From positions 120,001 to 152,000 of the forward strand of contig NZ_JAGIOS010000001.1 in the NCBI RefSeq assembly GCF_017876815.1: DNA of 32,000 nt, read 5' to 3'. The position numbers were made by a program, and so were the translations under genes. Under the pieces are notes generated by a model, which did not search any database, was not told the DNA's origin, and saw only the letters and a program-made list of their open reading frames with translations. This DNA is from Sinorhizobium meliloti. Lineage in GTDB: Bacteria; Pseudomonadota; Alphaproteobacteria; Rhizobiales; Rhizobiaceae. The first letter of the stretch is position 1. The number at the start of each line of letters is the position of its first letter. Positions 9,339-16,605 of the stretch are shown piece after piece.

Positions 9339-10388
9339 ATGAATATCAAGAGCCTTCTTCTTGGCTCGGCTGCTGCTATGGCGGCAGTCTCCGGCGCGCA
9401 TGCTGCCGACGCTATCGTCGCTGCAGAGCCGGAGCCTATGGAATACGTCCGCGTTTGCGATGCTTTCGGCACGGGCTACTTCTACATCCCGGGCACGGAA
9501 ACCTGCCTCAAGATCGGCGGCTATATCCGCGTTCAGGGCGACTTCGGCCGTGACAATGTCAATCATCTGACCAGCTTCGATGATGACGGCACGTCCGATT
9601 GGGACATGTTCTCCCGCGCTTACATCTCGTTCGACGCGAAGAGCGATACCGAGTACGGCACGCTCACGGGCTTCTTCGCTTCCGAGTTCAATTCCGATAC
9701 GGATTCGGCCTCGGACGGCGGCGGCGACAGCCACATCGACGTCGACGAAGCCTACATCGAGCTCGGCGGCTTCCGGGCCGGCTTCTTCTACAGCTGGTGG
9801 GACAAGGGCCTGAACGGCGAAACCGACTCCATCGGCGAGAACACCGAGTTCAACTCGGTCCGCTATACCTATGACGGCGGCACTTTCCAGGTCGGCGTTG
9901 CTGTCGACGAACTCGAGGGTACTTCGACCAAGCCGAACGGCGTCGGGGTCGAAGGCATCGTATCGGCTTCGCTCGGCGGCGTGACTTTCGACCTGCTCGG
10001 CAGCTACGACACGGAATGGGAAGAAGGCGCGATCCGTGCCCTGCTCTCCGCGGATGCCGGTCCGGGCACCTTCCAGGTCGCCGGTATCTGGGCATCCGGC
10101 TCGAACGCATACTGGCATGACTCGGAGTGGGCCGTTGCTGCCTCCTACCGCTTCAATGTGAGCGACAAGCTTGCGATCACGCCCGGCGCTCAATACTGGG
10201 GCGGCCTGAACGAAAGCGACAAGCTCGGCGGCCGCTTCGACAACGATGCGGACCAGTGGCGTGTCGGCCTTACCGCCGACTACGACATCACCGAAGGTCT
10301 CGCGACCCGCTTCGCGATCAACTACACAGACCCGAGCAATGCTCCGGATTCCGTCAGCGGTTTCCTTCGCCTGCAGCGGGACTTCTAA
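9339..10388 (+). CDS. ropA: RopA/Omp2b-type outer-membrane porin (Porin_2 family), copy A
   Basis: Signal peptide MNIKSLLLGSAAAMAAVSGAHA, then ADAIVAAEPEPMEYVRVCDAFGTGYFYIPGTETCLKIGGYIRVQ, the conserved N-terminus of rhizobial RopA / Brucella Omp2 porins. C-terminal ...GFLRLQRDF ends in Phe. Confidence 0.9.
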   Translation: MNIKSLLLGSAAAMAAVSGAHAADAIVAAEPEPMEYVRVCDAFGTGYFYIPGTETCLKIGGYIRVQGDFGRDNVNHLTSFDDDGTSDWDMFSRAYISFDAKSDTEYGTLTGFFASEFNSDTDSASDGGGDSHIDVDEAYIELGGFRAGFFYSWWDKGLNGETDSIGENTEFNSVRYTYDGGTFQVGVAVDELEGTSTKPNGVGVEGIVSASLGGVTFDLLGSYDTEWEEGAIRALLSADAGPGTFQVAGIWASGSNAYWHDSEWAVAASYRFNVSDKLAITPGAQYWGGLNESDKLGGRFDNDADQWRVGLTADYDITEGLATRFAINYTDPSNAPDSVSGFLRLQRDF

Positions 10389-10411
10389 TCTGACCTAGTC
10401 AGGTAAAAGAA

Positions 10412-10442
10412 AGCCCGCAGCTCACAAGTTGGGTTGCGGGCT
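10412..10442 (+). terminator. Stem-loop downstream of porin copy A
   Basis: AGCCCGCA (10412..10419) pairs with TGCGGGCT (10435..10442). It is followed by GTTGCTGT, a weak U-tract. Confidence 0.5.
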
Positions 10443-10563
10443 GTTGCTGTACTGCAACGCAAAGTGCGCCGCCAAGGCGTTGAGATTGTTTGACTATAAG
10501 CACTGGTTTCATTGCCAGTGGTTTCTTGGCTCGTTCACGGAGAATGGGAAGGAAACGGCAAAC

Positions 10564-11496
10564 GTGACGTCGGACGCTGAAAAACAGGTAGGTGATCTCG
10601 GTTTCCCGGATATGGGTTCGGGGTATGAGGTCAACTATACCTTCGGCCGGCAAGGGCCGATCGGCGTGGTCAAGGAGACCACGCTTGCCGAATTGCTTCA
10701 GCGCTATGCCGACATCCTGTGGGACGAAGGCAGGCACAAATACAATGTGAAGGCCTTCATCGGAGAGCTCGACGAGATCTTGCTCGGTGCCCGTTTCTCC
10801 GCCTTCTCGCAGGAATTGCTCGACGGCCTCATAGGTGCGCTACGCAAGCGCGGTAACAGCAACGCGACCATCAACAGGAAGATGGCGGCGCTGGGGAAGT
10901 TGCTGCGGAAAGCGTACAAGATGGGGGACATCCACAATCTGCCGGAATTCAAACGCCAAAAGGAGAAAGCGGGGCGCCTGCGCTTCCTGGAGGCCGACGA
11001 AGAAGAGGTGCTGTTCCGCGAAATCGCCAGCCGATCGGAACTCTATCTGTACCTCTCGATATTTCTGGTGGATACCGGTGCTCGCCTGGGCGAGGCCATC
11101 GCCCTCAAATGGAACGATATTCACGAGGGCCGGGCGACATTCTGGGTGACGAAATCGGGCCGCAGCCGCACAGTCCCGCTTACGGTGAGAGCAAAAGACG
11201 CATTGAAGCGCGTCGCGGACAGGTCCCCGGGTCCATTTTCGAGAATCGACCAGCAAAAATACCGTGCTGTCTGGAACGCAGCGAAAGTGGATGCGGGCCT
11301 CGGCAACGAAGACGATCTCGTTCCCCACATTCTCCGCCATACCTGCGCCTCGCGCCTGGTCAGAGGCGGGATCGATCTCAGGCGGGTTCAGATGTGGCTA
11401 GGCCACCAGACCCTCGAGATGACGATGCGCTACGCGCATCTGGCCTCCCATGACCTCGATATGTGCGTGCCCGTACTCGAGCGTCATCTCAAGTAA
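10564..11496 (+). CDS. Site-specific tyrosine recombinase (phage-integrase family)
   Basis: Catalytic signature is intact: ...VDTGARLGEA... (Arg), HILRHTCAS (HxxR), WLGHQT (His), MRYAHL (Tyr). A SAM-like N-domain is present (ATINRKMAALGKLLRKAY). The start is uncertain: GTG 10564 (GGAAGGA upstream) or ATG 10612. The track start TTG 10429 lies inside the porin terminator hairpin and is unlikely. Confidence 0.8.
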   Translation: MTSDAEKQVGDLGFPDMGSGYEVNYTFGRQGPIGVVKETTLAELLQRYADILWDEGRHKYNVKAFIGELDEILLGARFSAFSQELLDGLIGALRKRGNSNATINRKMAALGKLLRKAYKMGDIHNLPEFKRQKEKAGRLRFLEADEEEVLFREIASRSELYLYLSIFLVDTGARLGEAIALKWNDIHEGRATFWVTKSGRSRTVPLTVRAKDALKRVADRSPGPFSRIDQQKYRAVWNAAKVDAGLGNEDDLVPHILRHTCASRLVRGGIDLRRVQMWLGHQTLEMTMRYAHLASHDLDMCVPVLERHLK

Positions 11497-11544
11497 TCGC
11501 GCATGAGCGCCGGCAGCAGCGCGCCGTCCCCGTAGCCATACTCC

Positions 11545-11577
11545 AGAAAAGAGAAAGCCCGGCTTAAAGCCGGGCTT
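11545..11577 (-). terminator. Rho-independent terminator of porin copy B
   Basis: On the minus strand, AGCCCGGC-TTTAA-GCCGGGCT is followed by TTCTCTTTTCT. Confidence 0.75.
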
Positions 11578-11605
11578 CCCTTCCACTGACCGAGGTCAGG
11601 TCAGA

Positions 11606-12643
11606 TTAGAAGTCACGCCGCAGGCGGAGGAAGCCGCTGACGTACTCGTCACCATCATCCGGATCGGTGTAGTTGATCGTGAAGCGGGTAGCGAGACCTT
11701 CCGTGATGTCGTAGTCGGTCGTGATACCAACGCGCCACTGATCGTCGTTACCGAAGCTGGTGTTCGAGTCTTGCAGGCTACCCCAGTACTGAGCAGCCGG
11801 GGTGATCGCGAACTTGTCGGAAGCGTTGAAGCGGTAAGACGCAGCAACGGTCCACTCGGAGTCAGCCCAGTAAGCGTTCGGGTTGGACGCCCAGATGCCG
11901 GCGACCTGAAGGGTGCCCGGGCCGAGGTCTGCCGAGAGCAAGCCGCGGACAGCGCCTTCTTCCCACTCGGTGTCGTAGCTGCCGAGCAAGTCGAAAGCAA
12001 CGCCGCCGAGCGTCGCGGAGACGATACCGGTAACGCCAACGCCGTTGGCCTTGGTGCTCGTGCCTTCGAGTTCGTCAACCGAGATACCGGCCTGGAAGGT
12101 GCCGCCGTCGTAGATGTAGGCGAGCGAGTTGAACTCGGTGACGTTGCCGAGCGAGTCGGTTTCGCCGTTCAGGCCCTTATCCCACCAGCTGTAGAAGAAG
12201 CCGGCCTTGAAGCCGCCGAGCTGGATGTAGGCTTCATCGACGTCGATCAGGCTGTCGCCTTCGTCGGTGTCGTTGTCGGCGTTGAACTCAGCAGCGAAGA
12301 AGCCGGTGAGCGTGCCGTATTCGGTGTCGCTCTTCGCGTCGATCGAGATGTAGGCGCGGGAGAACATGTCCCAGTCCGACGTGGACTGACCACCGAAGTC
12401 TTCCTGGTTCCAGCGATCGTCAGCTTCGTCACGACCGAATTCACCCTGGATACGGATGAAGCCGCCGATCTTGAGGCAGGTTTCCGTGCCCGGAATGTAG
12501 AAGTAGCCCGTGCCGAAAGCGTCGCAGACGCGAACGTATTCCATGGGCTCCGGCTCGGCAGCGACGATCGCGTCGGCAGCCTGGGCGCCGGAGACTGCTG
12601 CGAGAGCAGCAGCGGAGCCGAGAAGAAGGCTCTTGATGTTCAT
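11606..12643 (-). CDS. ropA: RopA/Omp2b-type outer-membrane porin, copy B
   Basis: MNIKSLLLGSAAALAAVSGAQAADAIVAAEPEPMEYVRVCDAFGTGYFYIPGTETCLKIGGFIRIQ...GFLRLRRDF. Start placed at ATG 12643, because the sequence GACTGGAGGTCAGAAATG is identical to that upstream of copy A. The 26 extra codons in the track ORF are rejected. Confidence 0.9.
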   Translation of the reverse strand: MNIKSLLLGSAAALAAVSGAQAADAIVAAEPEPMEYVRVCDAFGTGYFYIPGTETCLKIGGFIRIQGEFGRDEADDRWNQEDFGGQSTSDWDMFSRAYISIDAKSDTEYGTLTGFFAAEFNADNDTDEGDSLIDVDEAYIQLGGFKAGFFYSWWDKGLNGETDSLGNVTEFNSLAYIYDGGTFQAGISVDELEGTSTKANGVGVTGIVSATLGGVAFDLLGSYDTEWEEGAVRGLLSADLGPGTLQVAGIWASNPNAYWADSEWTVAASYRFNASDKFAITPAAQYWGSLQDSNTSFGNDDQWRVGITTDYDITEGLATRFTINYTDPDDGDEYVSGFLRLRRDF

Positions 12644-13099
12644 TTCTGACCTCCAGTCAAAAGTTTCAAACGGGTCTGGGTTTTTTTTGCTGAAGGACAG
12701 CGTTCCCTGCCCCATCCCCAACGTTCAAGAAGTCGGACGATCAACCGCCCTTGCTTCCGGAGTTGAAAATACAAAACCGGGTGGGGCGCGCAACGACCAA
12801 CTTACCAGATCGACTCCTTTGCCCTGCCCTTCCCTGATCCCTGTTGCTGAAACGACACAAAATCGCCCCAGACGGCCCGAGGGAATTAACAAAGCGTTAA
12901 GAAAATCCTTTAGCGACGGGGGTTTAGCGCGAGGTCACTCCCGGCCATCTGTTCCGGAAAGGGGCAAAAAATGGCCAGAAAGGGGGATAAAACCGGGCAA
13001 GAGCGCTCCGCGAGACCGGTCCTTGCGGAAGCCATGGGCACGCCGATCGTCGGTTCGCGCGGATGGTCGAGGTGCTTCCTGGCCGATTCCCGGCAGAAT

Positions 13100-13270
13100 C
13101 AGTGCGCAGGGATTCGCGAGTCGGCAGGCACCTCGACACAGTGCGCGCTCGCCGAGGCAATGGGTTCAGCCAAGCATGTCATCAAGCAGCAAACTCAGGA
13201 ACGTGACGGCGGTGGCGGGAATGGGAATCCGTTCGATGAACTGTTCGGACCCGGCGGCAGAGCCATTTGC
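13100..13270 (+). pseudogene. Degenerate higA-like (XRE HTH antitoxin) remnant
   Basis: 13139..13164 (CAGTGCGCGCTCGCCGAGGCAATGGG) matches higA 13712..13737 at 24/26 nt. 13196..13212 (CAGGAACGTGACGGCGG) matches higA 13777..13793 at 17/17 nt. The spacing between the two blocks is 57 nt here against 65 nt in higA, so the frame is broken. Confidence 0.35.
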
Positions 13271-13323
13271 CATTGAAATTTGAGTTATAGAGTGGTACAT
13301 ATGCCCATCGTTGGAGTGAACCT

Positions 13324-13620
13324 GTGATCGTAGGCTTTCGGGACGACTGGCTTCGGACCTTCTTTGTGGATGATGTCCGTTCCCGTAACATCCCGTACGA
13401 TCTTGAAGCTCGGTTGTTCCGCAAGCTCCAGATGATTGACGATGCCGCAACCGACCAAGACTTGCGCGTGCCGCCCAGCAATCACTTCGAGAAGCTGCGC
13501 GGCAATCTGGCGGGGCTGCATTCGATCCGCGTCAACCAGCAATGGCGGCTGATCTTCCGCTGGGATGGGACGCGCGGAGAGGCCGACGGGATTTATCTGG
13601 ACGATCACAGCTACCGATGA
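13324..13620 (+). CDS. higB: HigB-type toxin (RelE/ParE superfamily, 'plasmid maintenance system killer')
   Basis: 98 aa. MIVGFRDDWLRTFF...PPSNHFEKLRGNLAGLHSIRVNQQWRLIFRW... is the typical HigB-2/killer-protein pattern. GTG start with GGAG upstream. Toxin-first gene order, with the antitoxin 13 nt downstream. Confidence 0.8.
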   Translation: MIVGFRDDWLRTFFVDDVRSRNIPYDLEARLFRKLQMIDDAATDQDLRVPPSNHFEKLRGNLAGLHSIRVNQQWRLIFRWDGTRGEADGIYLDDHSYR

Positions 13621-13633
13621 GAGCGAGGCGAAC

Positions 13634-13942
13634 ATGCTGACCACCAAGCGCAAGCCGGCGACTGTCGGCGAGATACTGACTGAAGAGTTCATGCGGCCGA
13701 TGGGATTGACGCAGGGCGCGCTCGCCGAGGCGATGGGCGTCCAGCGCAAGCACGTCAACGAATTATGCGGCAACCGCAGGAACGTGACGGCGGCGACGGC
13801 GCTGATCCTCGCCCGCGTGTTCGGCAACAGCCCGGACTTCTGGCTCAATGTGCAGAGGCGCAACGATCTTTGGCTGGTGATGAATACGCCAAAGGAACGT
13901 GAGCGGATCGAGCGCGCGCGTCCGTTGGAGAATGCAGCCTGA
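13634..13942 (+). CDS. higA: HigA-family antitoxin (XRE-type HTH, VapI-like)
   Basis: MLTTKRKPATVGEILTEEFMRPMGLTQGALAEAMGVQRKHVNELCGNRRNVTAATALILARVFGNSPDFWLNVQ is the canonical HigA layout. Start taken at the internal ATG 13634. Confidence 0.85.
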   Translation: MLTTKRKPATVGEILTEEFMRPMGLTQGALAEAMGVQRKHVNELCGNRRNVTAATALILARVFGNSPDFWLNVQRRNDLWLVMNTPKERERIERARPLENAA

Positions 13943-13988
13943 GCACCGTCATGTGGACGAAATTGCGGGCGTCTCTGCATCTAGCAAG

Positions 13989-14222
13989 GAGATCAACATC
14001 TGCACCGTGCTGGCCGGGCAGAAGCTTGGAATCAAAGCAGTCGACGGAGCCTGCCCCGGACTTGATCCGGGGTATTGGCTCGTCAGCTTCATGCACGATG
14101 ATCTGGGGTATATCGACCTGGAGCAGAGGACTTTGCAAACCATCGACAACCCGTTCGGCACGAGGTTGTCACCCATGTCTTAAGGACGAAGTGTTACCCA
14201 TGTGTCCGGGTCGGACAGAATG
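13989..14222 (+). mobile_element. IS remnant: C-terminal ~65 codons of a DDE/integrase-core transposase plus the probable terminal repeat region
   Basis: ...INICTVLAGQKLGIKAVDG[ACPGLDPG]YWLVSFMHDDLGYIDLEQRTLQTIDNPFGTRLSPMS* resembles, from memory, the conserved C-terminus of an IS family common in Rhizobiales. No N-terminal or catalytic part is present. The word GT(C/T)ACCCATGT occurs twice at the end (14169.., 14193..), as at IS termini. Confidence 0.5.
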
Positions 14223-14235
14223 GGCCGAAATAAAA

Positions 14236-14325
14236 TGGCGGAGAAGAAGGGATTCGAACCCTCGATACCGTTTCCGGTATACTCCCTTAGCAGGGGAGCG
14301 CCTTCGACCACTCGGCCACCTCTCC
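14236..14325 (-). tRNA. tRNA-Ser (anticodon GCU), 90 nt, encoded CCA
   Basis: Reverse complement: GGAGAGGTGGCCGAGTGGTCGAAGGCGCTCCCCTGCTAAGGGAGTATACCGGAAACGGTATCGAGGGTTCGAATCCCTTCTTCTCCGCCA. The 7-bp acceptor stem has one G.U pair. Anticodon arm is CTCCC-CTGCTAA-GGGAG. It has the long variable arm typical of tRNA-Ser and a GGTTCGAATCC T-loop. Confidence 0.95.
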
Positions 14326-14335
14326 GTTAGCGCCT

Positions 14336-14364
14336 GACTAGTGTCACGGCGTTTCCAATGCAAG
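14336..14364 (-). promoter_or_regulatory. Candidate sigma70-type promoter of tRNA-Ser
   Basis: Minus strand reads CTTGCA-N17-CTAGTC (rhizobial consensus CTTGAC-N17-CTATAT). The -10 element ends 10 nt upstream of the mature tRNA 5' end. Confidence 0.4.
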
Positions 14365-14611
14365 ATTTTTTTGTCGAATTTCAGGAAATCATCCGATTTT
14401 CATCCGCTTCGGGCCGCGGCGCCCCCCGAGTCATATGAGAACTAGGACCGCATCGGGCAATCGGGAAAGGTCTTGTCCGTCGCGCATGAAACGTCACAAC
14501 GCCAAGTGCACTGACTTCTTCCGGGGGAATTCTTTCTCTGCGTCGATTCCGATTCCCATCCTTATGCGATAAGTTCCGCGGGCATTTCCGAACGGAGTAC
14601 GGTTTTTCAAG

Positions 14612-15733
14612 ATGTCCGCATTCTCACGCTTCACGCCACTCATCCAATCCCTGCCGGCCAGCGTTCCCTTTGTCGGCCCGGAAGCCCTCGAGCGTCAGCA
14701 CGGCCGCAAGATTGCGGCACGCATCGGCGCCAATGAGAGCGGCTTCGGCCCGGCACCATCCGTGTTGCTCGCCATCCGCCAGGCGGCCGGCGACACCTGG
14801 AAATATGCCGATCCCGAAAACCACGACCTGAAGCAGGCGCTCGCCCGCCATCTCGGCACCTCTCCCGCCAATATCGCCATCGGAGAGGGTATCGACGGCC
14901 TCCTCGGGCAGATCGTGCGGCTCGTCGTGGAAGCCGGCGCGCCGGTGGTGACTTCTCTCGGAGGCTATCCGACCTTCAACTATCATGTCGCGGGCCATGG
15001 CGGGCGGCTGGTCACGGTACCCTATGCCGACGACCGGGAAGATCTCGAAGGACTGCTCGCCGCCGTGGGCCGTGAGAATGCACCGCTCGTCTATCTGGCC
15101 AATCCCGACAATCCGATGGGAAGCTGGTGGCCCGCCGAGCGCGTCGTCGCCTTCGCGCAGGCCCTGCCGGAAACGACGCTCCTCGTACTCGACGAAGCCT
15201 ATTGCGAAACGGCGCCGCGGGATGCGCTCCCGCCGATCGAAAGCCTTATCGACAAACCCAACGTCATTCGCGCGCGCACCTTTTCGAAGGCCTACGGCCT
15301 CGCAGGCGCGCGCATCGGCTATACGCTGTCGACGCCGGGGACCGCCCAGGCCTTCGACAAGATCCGCAATCATTTCGGTATGAGCCGCATCGGCGTGGCA
15401 GCAGCAATCGCCGCTTTGGCCGATCAGGACTATTTGAAGGAAGTCACGCTCAAAATCGCGAACTCACGGCAAAGGATCGGCCGCATAGCTGCCGATAGCG
15501 GACTCGCCCCCCTGCCCTCAGCCACGAATTTCGTGGCTGTCGATTGTGGAAAGGATGCAAGCTATGCACGGGCGATCGTCGATCGGCTGATGAGCGATCA
15601 CGGGATCTTCATCCGCATGCCCGGCGTCGCGCCGCTCAACCGCTGCATCCGTATCAGCACCGCGCCCGATGCGGAAATGGATCTTCTTGCGGCCGCGCTT
15701 CCGGAGGTGATCAGGAGTTTGGCCGCCACCTGA
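14612..15733 (+). CDS. hisC: Histidinol-phosphate aminotransferase family (class II PLP aminotransferase)
   Basis: 373 aa. ...ARIGANESGFGP..., ...LANPDNPMG..., ...LVLDEAYCE..., and the PLP-lysine block RTFSKAYGLAGARIGY. Confidence 0.8.
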   Translation: MSAFSRFTPLIQSLPASVPFVGPEALERQHGRKIAARIGANESGFGPAPSVLLAIRQAAGDTWKYADPENHDLKQALARHLGTSPANIAIGEGIDGLLGQIVRLVVEAGAPVVTSLGGYPTFNYHVAGHGGRLVTVPYADDREDLEGLLAAVGRENAPLVYLANPDNPMGSWWPAERVVAFAQALPETTLLVLDEAYCETAPRDALPPIESLIDKPNVIRARTFSKAYGLAGARIGYTLSTPGTAQAFDKIRNHFGMSRIGVAAAIAALADQDYLKEVTLKIANSRQRIGRIAADSGLAPLPSATNFVAVDCGKDASYARAIVDRLMSDHGIFIRMPGVAPLNRCIRISTAPDAEMDLLAAALPEVIRSLAAT

Positions 15734-15754
15734 ACCGGCGGCAACCGCCACGCA

Positions 15755-16021
15755 TCAGTGCATCGTCATCCATTCGCGTGCTGCGCGCAGCGCAGCGGCG
15801 AGATCCGACTTGCTCATCGTCGCCGCAAGGTCGGCCCGCAGGTCGGCCGCGCGGTCCGAGCCCCTGATCGCGGCGATGTTCAGCCACTTGTGCGCGGCTA
15901 CCAGATCGACGGGCCTGCCGCGGCCCGTCGCATAGGCGAGGCCCATCTCGCACAGAACGTCGGCACGGTTGCCGCCGCCGATGGCGTCATCCGAAACGAT
16001 CTCAATGTTAAAGAGTGCCAT
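15755..16021 (-). CDS. Small Sel1-repeat protein
   Basis: 88 aa. ...LCEMGLAYATGRGRPVDLVAAHKWLNIAAIRGS... fits the Sel1/SLR consensus. High GC3. Confidence 0.7.
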   Translation of the reverse strand: MALFNIEIVSDDAIGGGNRADVLCEMGLAYATGRGRPVDLVAAHKWLNIAAIRGSDRAADLRADLAATMSKSDLAAALRAAREWMTMH

Positions 16022-16605
16022 TTTTCTTGTCCCTGTCTTTTCTTCGTTAGAGCGAGCGGCCCGCCCGTCTGGGGCGAGCCCTGCTTCAGCTAGTATCCTG
16101 GTCCCTGTTTCATCGAGCCTCTTGGCGGGCTTTCCGGGAAATCGCCCCGTCTTCTGCGGTGTCGCTTTCCGGTTGGTCGGCGGCTTGTTTCGCCGCTCGT
16201 CTTATGGATGTGAATATGCCCGACCGCCTTCAATGGCCGCTTAAAATCCATGCTTAATTTGACGCAAACAAAGTCCAAACGCTTGGTAAACTTGGGTTTT
16301 CGTTAAGCATTGCAGGCCCTGCAAAGGCACGCATTCGCCTCGAATTTTACGAAAATTTCACGTCCGGATTTCAACTAAACGCTAACCATGAGAACAGCTG
16401 CTCTTTTCAAGGACGGTGCCGCCGCGCGCAACATGCCCTGCAAGGCAACGCGCGGATATTTACCTTTACGTACGCGTAATATACTGTCTGCGCCGGAGTG
16501 ATCTTCGTTCGCCCGTTAACCCGTGCGGCGCTGCAGGAGATCGCGCTCCACAGGGAACCAGCACGCGGCAGGACCGAAGGGCCTGCCGACTTCGGAGGAG
16601 ATCGC

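Noticed and set aside
10429-10563. The TTG start at 10429 proposed by the ORF track for the recombinase
   Set aside because: It sits inside the terminator hairpin of the upstream porin gene. The extra N-terminal residues (Cys/Trp/Phe-rich) look non-coding. GTG 10564 or ATG 10612 is more plausible.
9339-12643. The idea that the porin pair is a diversity-generating retroelement (template/variable repeat) or a classical shufflon
   Set aside because: There is no reverse transcriptase in the window. Differences are not restricted to adenine positions. I found no short conserved crossover sites repeated within the genes. Only general or recombinase-assisted exchange remains as a hypothesis.
12510-13283. 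A 257-aa ORF spanning the porin B 5' end and the upstream spacer, and the 101-aa ORF 12971..13276
   Set aside because: The first is antisense to the porin start and then runs through non-coding DNA. The second owes its HTH-like AEAMG strings to the frameshifted higA-like remnant rather than to an intact gene.
10389-14235. A direct-repeat att site, as a duplicate of the tRNA-Ser 3' half that would delimit an island
   Set aside because: Scanning by eye for GATTCGAACC and the flanking tRNA sequence found only the tRNA itself. A short or degenerate repeat cannot be excluded without a computational search.
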